Assembly: GCA_019358915.1 (NCBI GenBank)
Contig: JAHHIM010000073.1
Location: 292,003-356,002, forward strand
Direction of reading: 5' to 3'
Source: Trichormus sp. ATA11-4-KO1
Lineage (GTDB): Bacteria; Cyanobacteriota; Cyanobacteriia; Cyanobacteriales; Nostocaceae
Length of the DNA: 64,000 nucleotides
Positions within the stretch are counted from its first letter, which is position 1. Each line of letters starts with the position of its first letter. The position numbers and the translations under genes are program-made. The notes beneath the pieces were generated by a model that saw only the letters and a list, made by a program, of their open reading frames with translations, was not told where the DNA came from and did not search any database. Shown one piece after another: positions 20,262-30,564 of this stretch.

Positions 20262-20287
20262 TAGAGACGCAATACATTGCGTCTCTA
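20262..20287. repeat. REP-like palindrome
   Basis: tagagacgcaat-ac-attgcgtctcta; relative at 54430. Confidence 0.75.
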
Positions 20288-20374
20288 TTTAACGTGAGTT
20301 TCCAACGGAGGCGCACCTGCAAGAAGAGCGAAAGAAACATAATCCTCCATACTTTTTACTCCTCACTCAGTACT

Positions 20375-20420
20375 CAGCACGGGCTATAAGCGCAGCCATG
20401 CCCGCAGGGCTTTACAGCAC
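20375..20420 (+). repeat. 46-bp dispersed repeat within an STRR run
   Basis: cagcac-gggctataagcgcagccatgcccgcagggcttta-cagcac; second copy at 50638. Confidence 0.85.
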
Positions 20421-20563
20421 TCAGCACTATTTCTTAGGAGTTCGACGAACCTCTCCCTCCCAGCCTTCCTCTCCTGCAAGGACAGGGAGGAGTAAAAGCA
20501 AGCAGCAATTAATTGGGCGGGTACAATTAAAGTCAAAAGATGTGCTACGGAAAATTAGACATC

Positions 20564-21322
20564 ATGTATCAAACCGACCCACCGCGTTCTCCCCAAGAAT
20601 TTCTACCCACAATGTATGACCTCCCTAGCGAAGACCCAGAGGAAACAGGTTTGCCAGACGAATATCATCTGATACAACCCCAATTATTACGTGAAACTTT
20701 TACACCTAGCAATTATCCAGTAGATCAAGTATTCAATGCCACAGATTTCAATCTTTACTATGATGTGCGTCATCCCCTGTGGTATAAACGCCCTGATTGG
20801 TTTGCTGTAGTTAATGTACCAAGGTTGTATCAGCAAAAAGAATTACGTCTGAGTTATGTAACTTGGCAAGAAGGTGTTAATCCCTTTATTGTGGTAGAGC
20901 TACTTTCACCAGGGACAGAAAAAGAAGACTTAGGGCAAATTTTGCGTGATGCTAATCAACCGCCAACTAAGTGGGAAGTTTATGAGCGAATTTTAAGAGT
21001 ACCTTATTATGTAGTTTTTGACCGCTACACAGACCATTTACGCGCTTTTCAATTAGTGGGAAGTAGCTACGCAGAGTTAGACTTACGCCAGCCTCGCTTA
21101 TGGCTGAATGACATTGAACTAGGTTTAGGACTTTGGCAAGGTGTGTATCAGGGAAGCGATCGCTTATGGTTACGTTGGTATGATGCTCAAGGTAATTGGA
21201 TTTTAACCGCCCAAGAGCAAGAAAGAAAACAAGTAGAAAAAGAAAGACGACGAGTAGAAAGATTAGCAGAACAATTACGAGCTTTAGGAATTGAACCTGA
21301 TTTGGGTGATGAGGAAGAATAA
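20564..21322 (+). CDS. Uma2-family endonuclease
   Basis: LPTMYDLPSE, RPDWF, VVELLSPGT, WLRWYD. Confidence 0.9.
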   Translation: MYQTDPPRSPQEFLPTMYDLPSEDPEETGLPDEYHLIQPQLLRETFTPSNYPVDQVFNATDFNLYYDVRHPLWYKRPDWFAVVNVPRLYQQKELRLSYVTWQEGVNPFIVVELLSPGTEKEDLGQILRDANQPPTKWEVYERILRVPYYVVFDRYTDHLRAFQLVGSSYAELDLRQPRLWLNDIELGLGLWQGVYQGSDRLWLRWYDAQGNWILTAQEQERKQVEKERRRVERLAEQLRALGIEPDLGDEEE

Positions 21323-21387
21323 ATTTTCCTCACACCCTACTATGCAATTCTACGTACTTATGTAGCTTTGACTTCCACTAGCATGGT

Positions 21388-21912
21388 TTATTTCATAATT
21401 GAAAGTTGGTAAATCGCATTTAATTGATTTGAAACGGAATTGGGAATGTCTACTGTATAGGCACGTAGTAAATCCCGTTGCATTTGGATACGCGCACGCA
21501 GCAGTGCATCACTTGTAGATTCATTTTGAGCTTGACATACAAAATTGTATGTTGCATGTCCTAAAGTTCCTTGCTCTACTCTTCTTACTGGCGCATTATC
21601 ATAACGTTGATTTAGAATCACATTTCTTTGTCTATTAAAAGCTATTATTTCTTGAACTTGAAATACACCTGAATTGCAATCTGTAATTTGTTGGTAACCA
21701 ACAAGTTTAGCCCCATCTTGTGTTGGTCGTGAATATACCACTCTGAGACGATAACTAACAAGTGAACCAGAACTTTGAATTGAATTCAAATCAACATCTA
21801 CACTGTCACCATTACGAGAATTGGCAATATTGAGCCAATCCATAGATTGAGCTTGAACAGGAAACATAGAGGAAAATGCCAGTATCAATGCTAAACTAAA
21901 TTTTTTCAACAT
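21388..21912 (-). CDS. Secreted protein (surface-adhesin E-like)
   Basis: Signal peptide; W..VDLNSI..DC..VC pattern. Confidence 0.6.
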   Translation of the reverse strand: MLKKFSLALILAFSSMFPVQAQSMDWLNIANSRNGDSVDVDLNSIQSSGSLVSYRLRVVYSRPTQDGAKLVGYQQITDCNSGVFQVQEIIAFNRQRNVILNQRYDNAPVRRVEQGTLGHATYNFVCQAQNESTSDALLRARIQMQRDLLRAYTVDIPNSVSNQLNAIYQLSIMK

Positions 21913-22154
21913 ATACTTTCACTTCTACATATATCCAATTTGACTGTGAAGTGAAATAAAAAAAACCGTTTTTTCTCGTATTTTTGATTAAAGTTATTTT
22001 AAAGCTAATTTCTTTTCTTCAGTGGGTTAATTTTTAATTTTACAAACTAACGATTATGAAACTTCATAATGCAGAATTTGAGTTGAAACACTCTATCAAT
22101 TTCACAAATATATGAGGGCGATCGCACATAACGCCCACCCTCAAAATTAATAGA

Positions 22155-25100
22155 TTAAGCGCTAAAGTACTTAGCCACCGGATGATAAGCAATAATCGCC
22201 GTCGTAGACTGTTCTGGATAAAGCTGCTCACTTTCATCCATATACAGATTAATCCTGTCAGTCTCTAACAACTCCAATTGCTTATATTGATCCTGAATAT
22301 TCGGACAAGCCGGATAGCCAAAACTATACCGTGAACCAGAATAACGCTGTGCCAAAACATCCCGAATATTATCCGGTTCCTCAGCTACAAAACCCAACTC
22401 CCGCCTAATTCTCGCGTGAGTCCATTCCGCCAACGCCTCAGCTACCTGCACAGCCAAACCGTGAAAATACAGATAATCAGTGTATTGGTCAGCAGCAAAT
22501 AACTTTTGAGCAAACTCCGTCGCAATATCCCCCACAGTCACCGCCTGCATCGGAAACACATCTATCACCCCCGACTCCTTTGGCGCAAAGAAATCAGCAA
22601 TACACAACCGCCGCAAAGACCTCTGTCTCGGAAACTCAAAACTCGCTCTTACCTCCGCGTCCTTGGCGCCTTGGCGGTTCGCATTATAAACATACAACGT
22701 ATTCCCCTCAGCCTGACAAGGAAAATACCCATAAATCACCTGAGGATGCAACAAATTCTCCCCAATCACCCTTTCCTTCCAACCTGCCAAAATCGGATAA
22801 ACCTTCTCATCCAAGAAAGCCTGATACTCCTCCTTAGACTGTTCCTTCGGCTTACGGAATTGCCATTGTCCAGCAACCAACGCCTGTAAATCCAAATATG
22901 AAAAAACCTCCTCCAAAGGAATATCACCAGGCTGTAATAACTGAGTTCCCCAGAAAGGCGGCGTAGGACGGGGAATATCTATAGCGACAGCTTCAGAACG
23001 ACGGGTATCGATGGGGACTGGGGATTGGGGACTGGGGACTGGGGAGGATTCACTTGTGGATGGGGAGGTGGTAATTTCTGGTTCTGCTTCTACCTCATCC
23101 AAAAATCCTTGCAAATCATCCCAATTACTAGCAGCCTTGGCTGGCATTAATTTATCCATAAAATGCAAATCAGCAAAGGCATCTTTACCATACACCACCT
23201 TACCCTTGTAGGTGTTTTGGCAATCTTGATGCACAAATTTGGGGGTTAGTGCTGCACCACCTAAAATTACAGGAACTGTAATTCCCTTTTCATTAAAAGC
23301 CTGTAAATTCTCTTTCATAAAGGCGGTAGATTTCACCAGCAAACCACTCATGGCAATACAATCAGCTTTGTGCTGTTCGTAAGCCTGGATAATATTTTCC
23401 ACCGGCTGCTTAATTCCCAGGTTAATCACCTTGTAACCATTGTTGGACAAGATAATATCTACCAAGTTTTTCCCAATATCATGCACATCACCTTTGACGG
23501 TGGCAATGATAAAGGTTCCCTTGGCATTATTGCCAGATTCTGATTTTTCCATGAACGGTTCTAAATATGCAACCGCCGTTTTCATGGTTTCCGCAGATTG
23601 TAAGACAAAAGGTAGTTGCATTTGTCCTGAACCAAATAACTCACCGACAACCTTCATCCCATCCAGCAGAAAGGTGTTGATAATTTCCAAAGGGGGATAT
23701 TTGTCTAAAGCTTGTTTGAGTTGGTCTTCTAAACCAATGCGTTCGCCGTCGATGATATGGCGTTTCAAGCGTTCTTCGATGGGGAGACTTTCATCCACAC
23801 CGCGATCGCGTTTAGTCGTGACCCCTGCAAACAGTGTGGTCAGCTCTCCTAAAGGATCATAAACGCAGATATCACCCTCAAATTTGCGCTGATCATAAAT
23901 TAAGTCACGACAAACTTCTTGATGCTTGGCCTCAATTTTAGATAGCGGTAAAATTTTGTTAGGGCTGACAATGGCTGCATCCATGCCGGCTGTCATTGCC
24001 TCATGCAAAAACATCGAATTCAGCACAACTCGCGCTGCTGGGTTCAAACCAAAGGAAATATTAGATACTCCCAAAATTACATGGCATCCTGGTAATTCTT
24101 GGCGAATCCGCCGGATCGCTTCTATAGTAGCCTTGCCATTAGCTCGGTCTTCTTCAATCCCTGTAGAAATTGGTAGTGCTAAAGTATCAAAAAAGATTTC
24201 TGTGGACGGAATCCCATATTCTACAACTTGCCGATAAGCACGCTGGGCAATTTCAAACTTCTTCTCTGCTGTCCGCGCCATGCCATCTTCATCGATAGTC
24301 CCAATGACTACACCAGCACCGTACTTTTTCGCTAATTCCAGTACCTTAAGAAAACGCGGTTCCCCGTCTTCGTAGTTGGTGGAGTTGAGCAGACACTTAC
24401 CCCCGGCAACCTTTAATCCTGCCTCCATTTTTTCCCATTCTGTAGAGTCCAGCATCAAAGGCAGCGTAACATTATTAACAATGCGGGAAACTAACTCGCG
24501 CATGTCCCGCACACCGTCACGTCCCACGTAATCGACGTTGACATCCAGGATGTGTGCGCCTTCTTTAACTTGCGCCCTAGCCATTGACACCAGTCCATCC
24601 CAATCTTCCGCGTTTAATAAATCACGGCACTTCTTGGAACCACTGGCGTTGAGACGTTCACCGACAATTAAGAAGGAATTATCTTGGTCGTAGGGCTGAG
24701 TAGTATAAATTGATGCGGCGGCTGGTTCTAAGCTTGGTTGTCTGGTTTTAGGTTTCAGTTCTTGGGCAATTTCTGCCAATTGTTGAATATGTTCTGGACG
24801 TGTCCCACAGCAACCCCCAATCACTTGGACACCCAAATCTTCAACAAAGTGCATTAAAGCCATACGTAATTCTATTGGTGTCAAGCGGTAATGTGCTTGA
24901 CCGCCAACGTTCTCTGGTAAACCGGCATTGGGTATACAAGAGACAATGAAAGGTGAATGTTCTGATAGATACTTGATATGTGGTTTCATCAAGTCTGGGC
25001 CTGTGGCACAATTTAAACCCAGGATATCTATCGGATATGGTTCGAGAATTGTCAGGACGGCGCTGATTTCGGAACCTACCAGCATTGTCCCCATGCTTTC

Positions 25101-25691
25101 CATTGTCACAGATACCATTAATGGGCGGCGTTCTTTCTTCTTGGCAAAGACTTCTTCGATACCATTCAATGCTGCTTTGATTTGCAGCACATCTTGGCAA
25201 GTTTCTACCAAAAATAAATCAACACCACCATCAAATAGCGCTTCGGCTTGTTCGGCGAAAGACGCTTTCAGGGTATCAAAGTCAATATGTCCTAAAGTTG
25301 GGAGTTTGGTTGTGGGGCCTATGGAACCGGCGACAAATCGCGGTTTTTCTGGTGTGGAAAATTCGGCGGCGACGCGCTTGGCTAGTTCTACTGCTGTTTT
25401 GTTTAAGTAATAGGTTTTGTCTGCTAAGTCATATTCTGCTAAGACAATTGATGTTGCACCAAAGGTGTCGGTTTCAATGACATCAGCGCCGGCGGCGAGA
25501 AAGTCGCGGTGAACTTTGGCGACAGCTTCGGGTTTGGTATGGACTAGGTATTCGTTACAACCTTCATATTGTGGACCCCCGAAATCTTCGGCCGTGAGGT
25601 TTTGGGTTTGCAGGTTGGTTCCCATTGCACCGTCAAAGACGATAACTGGACGGTTGGGACTACGCAGGCGTTCTAGGAAAGGATGAGTCAT
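22155..25691 (-). CDS. metH: Cobalamin-dependent methionine synthase
   Basis: [30 protein letters not shown]. Confidence 0.98.
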   Translation of the reverse strand: MTHPFLERLRSPNRPVIVFDGAMGTNLQTQNLTAEDFGGPQYEGCNEYLVHTKPEAVAKVHRDFLAAGADVIETDTFGATSIVLAEYDLADKTYYLNKTAVELAKRVAAEFSTPEKPRFVAGSIGPTTKLPTLGHIDFDTLKASFAEQAEALFDGGVDLFLVETCQDVLQIKAALNGIEEVFAKKKERRPLMVSVTMESMGTMLVGSEISAVLTILEPYPIDILGLNCATGPDLMKPHIKYLSEHSPFIVSCIPNAGLPENVGGQAHYRLTPIELRMALMHFVEDLGVQVIGGCCGTRPEHIQQLAEIAQELKPKTRQPSLEPAAASIYTTQPYDQDNSFLIVGERLNASGSKKCRDLLNAEDWDGLVSMARAQVKEGAHILDVNVDYVGRDGVRDMRELVSRIVNNVTLPLMLDSTEWEKMEAGLKVAGGKCLLNSTNYEDGEPRFLKVLELAKKYGAGVVIGTIDEDGMARTAEKKFEIAQRAYRQVVEYGIPSTEIFFDTLALPISTGIEEDRANGKATIEAIRRIRQELPGCHVILGVSNISFGLNPAARVVLNSMFLHEAMTAGMDAAIVSPNKILPLSKIEAKHQEVCRDLIYDQRKFEGDICVYDPLGELTTLFAGVTTKRDRGVDESLPIEERLKRHIIDGERIGLEDQLKQALDKYPPLEIINTFLLDGMKVVGELFGSGQMQLPFVLQSAETMKTAVAYLEPFMEKSESGNNAKGTFIIATVKGDVHDIGKNLVDIILSNNGYKVINLGIKQPVENIIQAYEQHKADCIAMSGLLVKSTAFMKENLQAFNEKGITVPVILGGAALTPKFVHQDCQNTYKGKVVYGKDAFADLHFMDKLMPAKAASNWDDLQGFLDEVEAEPEITTSPSTSESSPVPSPQSPVPIDTRRSEAVAIDIPRPTPPFWGTQLLQPGDIPLEEVFSYLDLQALVAGQWQFRKPKEQSKEEYQAFLDEKVYPILAGWKERVIGENLLHPQVIYGYFPCQAEGNTLYVYNANRQGAKDAEVRASFEFPRQRSLRRLCIADFFAPKESGVIDVFPMQAVTVGDIATEFAQKLFAADQYTDYLYFHGLAVQVAEALAEWTHARIRRELGFVAEEPDNIRDVLAQRYSGSRYSFGYPACPNIQDQYKQLELLETDRINLYMDESEQLYPEQSTTAIIAYHPVAKYFSA
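23013..23045. repeat. STRR (ggggact)n inside metH
   Basis: ggggactggggattggggactggggactgggga encodes [11 protein letters not shown]. Confidence 0.9.
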
Positions 25692-25865
25692 GTTTTCCTA
25701 AGGGAAGTTTGTTCAGTCTTGTAATATTCGACTTAATTTATTATTTTCCCAAATTTGAGGGTTTCGGTAGTATTTAATCAAGTTCAATCTCATGCAACTC
25801 ACTCTTCACTCATCTTGATCTGAGTTTTCCCAGTTGGCGACGACAGAATGAGGGTTTGAGGGTGC

Positions 25866-26219
25866 TTATAATTCCAAAGCTGCTATGAGACAAAAATTCA
25901 CCTGATTAATCGCCTCAAATGAAAGAGAACCCAGCTGTCTGAGAAGCATGGATTTATTTAAAGTAAAAATTGACTCACAGCGAACTACAGACTCAACTCT
26001 AATACCTGCACTGGCAATTTCGTCTCCAGTTATTAAGTATTGCGTTACGGTTAAAGGGCGATTTGCGTTGGAAGTACAAGGCACAACCATCAAATCATCA
26101 AGAATTTGGTTCCATTGATTTGCGGAAACGACTACACCAGGACGAACTTTAAATTGTGTCAACCCGGTTGAAGGCATGGGTACTCGACACAGTACAACAT
26201 CACCGCGCTGTAAATTCAT
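25866..26219 (-). CDS. PemK/MazF-family toxin
   Basis: MNLQRGDVV, KVRPGVVVS, VVPCTS. Confidence 0.88.
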   Translation of the reverse strand: MNLQRGDVVLCRVPMPSTGLTQFKVRPGVVVSANQWNQILDDLMVVPCTSNANRPLTVTQYLITGDEIASAGIRVESVVRCESIFTLNKSMLLRQLGSLSFEAINQVNFCLIAALEL

Positions 26220-26403
26220 CAGCAAATACTTCGTCGTAAATGTCATTATCAGGACTTACCCAATCCTGATAAGCCTGAGATTCTACTATCGGATTAATAG
26301 ATGTTTTCCTACTCTTGAGGAAAAGAGCAAAGTTCAGCAGTGCCAATAGTTGCTCATCGTTTAATTGCTCAATCACATTTAAAAGTTCTTGGCGAATGCT
26401 CAT
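26200..26403 (-). CDS. Putative antitoxin
   Basis: 67 aa with acidic tail (WVSPDNDIYDE); overlaps the toxin start. Confidence 0.7.
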   Translation of the reverse strand: MSIRQELLNVIEQLNDEQLLALLNFALFLKSRKTSINPIVESQAYQDWVSPDNDIYDEVFADEFTAR

Positions 26404-26471
26404 GGGATTATCGATAGCTTACTATCTTTAGGTTACTATGAGTTTCAATCCTTGCAAAGAACTCTCTGAAT

Positions 26472-27590
26472 TTACTTTAAAAATAACGTAGCAAGAATTT
26501 TTGAGTTATTTTGACCAAATTTAGTTTTATTGATGATTTTATTTATACTGAGCTTTTGCATGTAAGTTGCTGTAATTGAAAGGAGGGTAATTACTAAAAA
26601 AGACAGGATATCATTGCTAAAAAAATATAGATTTATTTGCAAGAAAAATTTTGGTAAATGCAGGGAAAATATATGCCACAAGTATATCCACAAGGTAGAA
26701 CTACTTATAAAAACTATAATTTTCGTTACTCTTTTATCTTGATCGTTTAAATTATAAATAACCAATAATCTATCAACTAGTAAAAAAGCCAGCATGGACA
26801 TAAAAATGCCGTAAGATAAATAATAAAGCTTAGGAGGATATTTGAAACTTTGAGGATAAAGAATAGTTCCTTGTTGATTATAAAAATTGACAGCCAATGC
26901 TAGAAATACTGTCAGAGAAATTCCCAAAATAACTAGTATGGATTTTCGTTTCATTCTGGGCAAAGTAAGACCTAAGCCAAATAAGCATCCATAGGGGATA
27001 ATGTACAAAAAATAATTTTGAATTATGCCGGACATTAAAGTATTTTCTATGTTAATGCTATCAATTAATTTTAATATAAATTCATGGCATACATGGCTGG
27101 CTAATAATACTAATAAAAAGTACTTTTTACTTTGGCATTTTTTGTATAAGTTGAGAACTAGGGTTGAGATAATAGCTATAATAACAAAGACACGAATTAT
27201 CCATACATAGCCAATACCTTCTAATAACAAAAAGCTTTCAATAATTTGTTGTCTAGAAAAAGGGTATTCCCTTTGCCTCATTAAAAATAAAATATAATAA
27301 GAAATAAAGAAAAAACTCAGAAATAACCACACAGGAGCAATCAGCCGAGGAATTCTTTTTTGCAAATAATTCTTCAAAGAATATTTATTATGGTAACTAG
27401 AAGCATAAAAAAGCGCTCCAGATACAATTACCATGAGTTGAACATCAAAACTTCTAACATGGAATAAAATATTTCTGGGAATAACATGGGAAAGAATAAT
27501 CAGCAGTATACCTATAGTTTTTAAAAGATCAAATCTTATGTCTCTCTCTACGTTTTTTTGAGGTTCGACGAGAAGTACTGGATTGTGCAT
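26472..27590 (-). CDS. Acyltransferase-3 family membrane protein
   Basis: RDIRFDLLKTIGILLIILSH, KRIPRL, WIYLWH; AT-rich, multi-TM. Confidence 0.85.
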   Translation of the reverse strand: MHNPVLLVEPQKNVERDIRFDLLKTIGILLIILSHVIPRNILFHVRSFDVQLMVIVSGALFYASSYHNKYSLKNYLQKRIPRLIAPVWLFLSFFFISYYILFLMRQREYPFSRQQIIESFLLLEGIGYVWIIRVFVIIAIISTLVLNLYKKCQSKKYFLLVLLASHVCHEFILKLIDSINIENTLMSGIIQNYFLYIIPYGCLFGLGLTLPRMKRKSILVILGISLTVFLALAVNFYNQQGTILYPQSFKYPPKLYYLSYGIFMSMLAFLLVDRLLVIYNLNDQDKRVTKIIVFISSSTLWIYLWHIFSLHLPKFFLQINLYFFSNDILSFLVITLLSITATYMQKLSINKIINKTKFGQNNSKILATLFLK

Positions 27591-27612
27591 TTTTTCAATT
27601 TTTTAACATTTT

Positions 27613-27790
27613 AAATTGAATTCGATGAACCTCACCCCAACCCCTCTCCGACACGGAGAGGGGCAAAAATATCCCTGGTTTTGAACTAAAAATTAAGGTT
27701 TTAAAGCCTCTATGCCACTTGCTACAACGCAGTGGCTCCTCCATACGAGAGGTTTGGAGAGGGGTTTTTGATATTTGTCGAACTCACGTT
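27613..27790. mobile_element. MITE with AACGTGAGTTCGA-type terminal inverted repeat (left end degenerate)
   Basis: Right end tcgaactcacgtt; interior shared with 54773-54913. Confidence 0.75.
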
Positions 27791-28108
27791 AATTTAGAGG
27801 CAAAGCTTTATTAGCTGCTTTTGAGAAACAGCTTTGGCTACTTAATTTGATGATTATATTTTGAATTAAACCACGAACAGCCTACATATATATAGGGCTG
27901 TTGTATGAAGATTTAGACATGAAACAGTGCTGGATTATGTAGATTTCCAGAATGTTAAAGTTATTATTTTTTCTTATAGAGGATGGCAGTAGTAGGTACT
28001 TAATGAAGTTACTAAATCCCTAGTATTACCTAGAGTGGCGATTTCCCTACTTGTAGGATAAATCAAGGTCAAGTTGGTAGTTGGTTATGAACGCAACTTC
28101 AGAGATAA

Positions 28109-29401
28109 TTACTTGAAAATCAAGTCTAAGCGTCGCTGGGTTGTTTGGAGTGCGTCGGCTGGGGAACTTTGACCTAATAAAACTGCTTCAATTGCCCGGC
28201 CTAAACTATCGGAAATGCGATTATAACCTGGAAATATAGGACGCGATCGCCCGTGCTTGGCTTGGTCTAAAAATACTTGCACAGGTGGTAGTTTCTTGAC
28301 AAACTCCTGATATTGCGGACTTTGGCGTGACTTCAAATTGATTGGTAAATAGCCAGTTCCCAAGGCTAATTCCGTTTGAAATTCTGCACTTACGGCATAC
28401 TCAGCAAAGGTGAAGGCTGCTTTTTCCCGTTCTGGTGTGGTTTTGAACAAAAATAAATTCTCACCGCCAGTGCTGGTAGCAGGTTCTTGATCAACAGGAA
28501 TGGGAAATACGCCAAAATCTACACCACTATCTGTAAATTCGCCCAAACTCCACGGGCCAGTTACCTGCATAGCCACATTACCAGCAATTAAATCACCTGT
28601 CTCATAACCTCTTTCTGGGCCAGATAACATAGCGGAACCATCGGTAATTAAATTACGCCAAAATTGCAAAGCCGCGATCGCACCTGGATTATCCTGTAAC
28701 ACAACACTTGCGGCATTCTGTGTATCTCCGTTTACCAACTCACCGCCGCTACTCCACATAAATGGTAACCATGTGAAAACTGTAAATTCTCCCTTACCTA
28801 AAGGCAGAAACATGCCATATTGGTCTATTCTGCCATCACCATCGAGATCACGAGTTAATTTTTTGGCAACTTGCCGAAACTCTTCCCAGGTGCGGGGTAA
28901 TTCTGTAATTCCTGCGGCTTTAAACAAACTCGGACGGTAATATACACCAACGTTATTTGTGGCAAAAGGTACAGACCAAAGCTGACCTTTGTATTCCATT
29001 GAGGCAAACAAAGTGGGGTCAATTTCGTCTTTGACCGGGGAATTTGCCAGCTGTTCATCTAAAGAAATTAGGGCATCTAATTCTACCAATTGACCAGCGA
29101 TTGTAGGGTTGTACCATAATAAATCTGGCGGCGCATTGCCTACGACTGCTGCCAAAATTTTCGGTGTTTGCTGATCTTGTTGCCCAACATACAGAGATTC
29201 TACTTGAATATCTGGATGAGTTTGATTAAATTTATCTACAAGCTTTTGTAAGACATCTCGATTTGGTGGTGGATTTACTCCTTGCCATAAAGTGAGATGA
29301 ATTACTCCTGCATCCACTCCAGATCGCATGATCTGGCATCCACTTAAAGCCAGTATGCCCACCAGGAGCAATAGCAGTAAACGTCTAAGATAGGATTGCA
29401 C
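28109..29401 (-). CDS. Sugar ABC transporter substrate-binding lipoprotein
   Basis: Lipobox LSGC; FNQTHPDIQV, PPDL; GTG at 29401 after AGAAGGAAC. Confidence 0.88.
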   Translation of the reverse strand: MQSYLRRLLLLLLVGILALSGCQIMRSGVDAGVIHLTLWQGVNPPPNRDVLQKLVDKFNQTHPDIQVESLYVGQQDQQTPKILAAVVGNAPPDLLWYNPTIAGQLVELDALISLDEQLANSPVKDEIDPTLFASMEYKGQLWSVPFATNNVGVYYRPSLFKAAGITELPRTWEEFRQVAKKLTRDLDGDGRIDQYGMFLPLGKGEFTVFTWLPFMWSSGGELVNGDTQNAASVVLQDNPGAIAALQFWRNLITDGSAMLSGPERGYETGDLIAGNVAMQVTGPWSLGEFTDSGVDFGVFPIPVDQEPATSTGGENLFLFKTTPEREKAAFTFAEYAVSAEFQTELALGTGYLPINLKSRQSPQYQEFVKKLPPVQVFLDQAKHGRSRPIFPGYNRISDSLGRAIEAVLLGQSSPADALQTTQRRLDLIFK

Positions 29402-29468
29402 GTTCCTTCTTTTCCTTCGGAAATTATGAGTTGTGAAAAAAAGCTGTGCATCACGTCTATTAGGAAAA

Positions 29469-29499
29469 AGTGCTGAGTGCTGAGTGCTGAGTGCTGAGT
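29469..29499. repeat. STRR (tgctgag)x4
   Basis: agtgctgagtgctgagtgctgagtgctgagt. Confidence 0.9.
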
Positions 29500-29751
29500 C
29501 AAGAGTAAAACCCACGGAGGATTTTGTTTCTTTCATTCGTAGCTGGTGGCGCACCACCTGTCGGACTCTGTTCAGAAAATTAACCAATTTTTGCAATTTG
29601 TTAACTACAATTTTGGCACTTTGGATAAGGTATCGCACAATTAATGAAATTTTCACCAGTTAAGTTACACAATTCAATAAATGTGCTTTTGCCAAGTTGC
29701 AAAAGCTATGTATATCCTAATCTTTGAAGGAAGTGTTAATAATTTTAGATT

Positions 29752-30510
29752 ATGGCAGGACATAGTAAATGGGCAAATATTAAGCGCCAGAAGGCGGTAG
29801 TAGATGCAAAAAAGGGCAAGACCTTCACCCAGTTGTCTAGGGCAATTATCGTTGCTGCTAGAAGTGGTGTACCAGATCCAGCCGGGAATTTTCAACTACG
29901 TACAGCCATTGATAAGGCCAAGGCTGCGGGTATACCTAATGATAATATTGAACGGGCGATCGCTAAAGGTTCTGGCACATTTGGCGCAGATAGTGACAGT
30001 TTTGAGGCTATTCGCTACGAAGGTTATGGCCCTGGTGGTGTGGCTATCTTGATTGAAGCCCTCACAGATAATCGCAATCGCACGGCGGCTGACTTGCGTG
30101 CTGCTTTTAGTAAAAATGGTGGCAATTTGGGTGAAACTGGCTGTGTTAGCTGGATGTTTGACCAAAAGGGGGTGTGTGTGGTTCAGGGTGTGGTGGATGA
30201 AGACCAGCTTTTAGAAGCATCCCTGGAAGGTGGGGCTGATTTTTATGAAATGACTGAGGATGAGATGGCTGAGGTGTTTACTGAGGTGACGAATTTAGAA
30301 ATTCTCAGCCAGGCGTTGAAGGAACAAGGTTTTCAGGTAAATGATGCGGAATTGCGCTGGATTCCTAGTAATAACGTTGAAGTTATTGATCCCGATCAGG
30401 CGCGATCGCTCCTCAAGTTAATTGATACTCTGGAGGGATTGGATGATGTGCAAAATGTGACTGCTAATTTTGAAATGGCGGAAAATCTCATGGATTTGAT
30501 GATGGTTTAG
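29752..30510 (+). CDS. yebC: YebC/PmpR-family protein
   Basis: [26 protein letters not shown]. Confidence 0.95.
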   Translation: MAGHSKWANIKRQKAVVDAKKGKTFTQLSRAIIVAARSGVPDPAGNFQLRTAIDKAKAAGIPNDNIERAIAKGSGTFGADSDSFEAIRYEGYGPGGVAILIEALTDNRNRTAADLRAAFSKNGGNLGETGCVSWMFDQKGVCVVQGVVDEDQLLEASLEGGADFYEMTEDEMAEVFTEVTNLEILSQALKEQGFQVNDAELRWIPSNNVEVIDPDQARSLLKLIDTLEGLDDVQNVTANFEMAENLMDLMMV

Positions 30511-30564
30511 GAATAACAAATCGCAAAGGACGCAGTGGATTTTACTGTATTGCTTAATTACGAA

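Noticed and set aside
25692..25865. Cobalamin or SAM riboswitch upstream of metH
   Set aside because: No recognisable conserved boxes or stems
29402..29656. N-terminal extension of the sugar-binding protein
   Set aside because: Runs through an STRR tract; the RBS and lipoprotein signal support GTG at 29401
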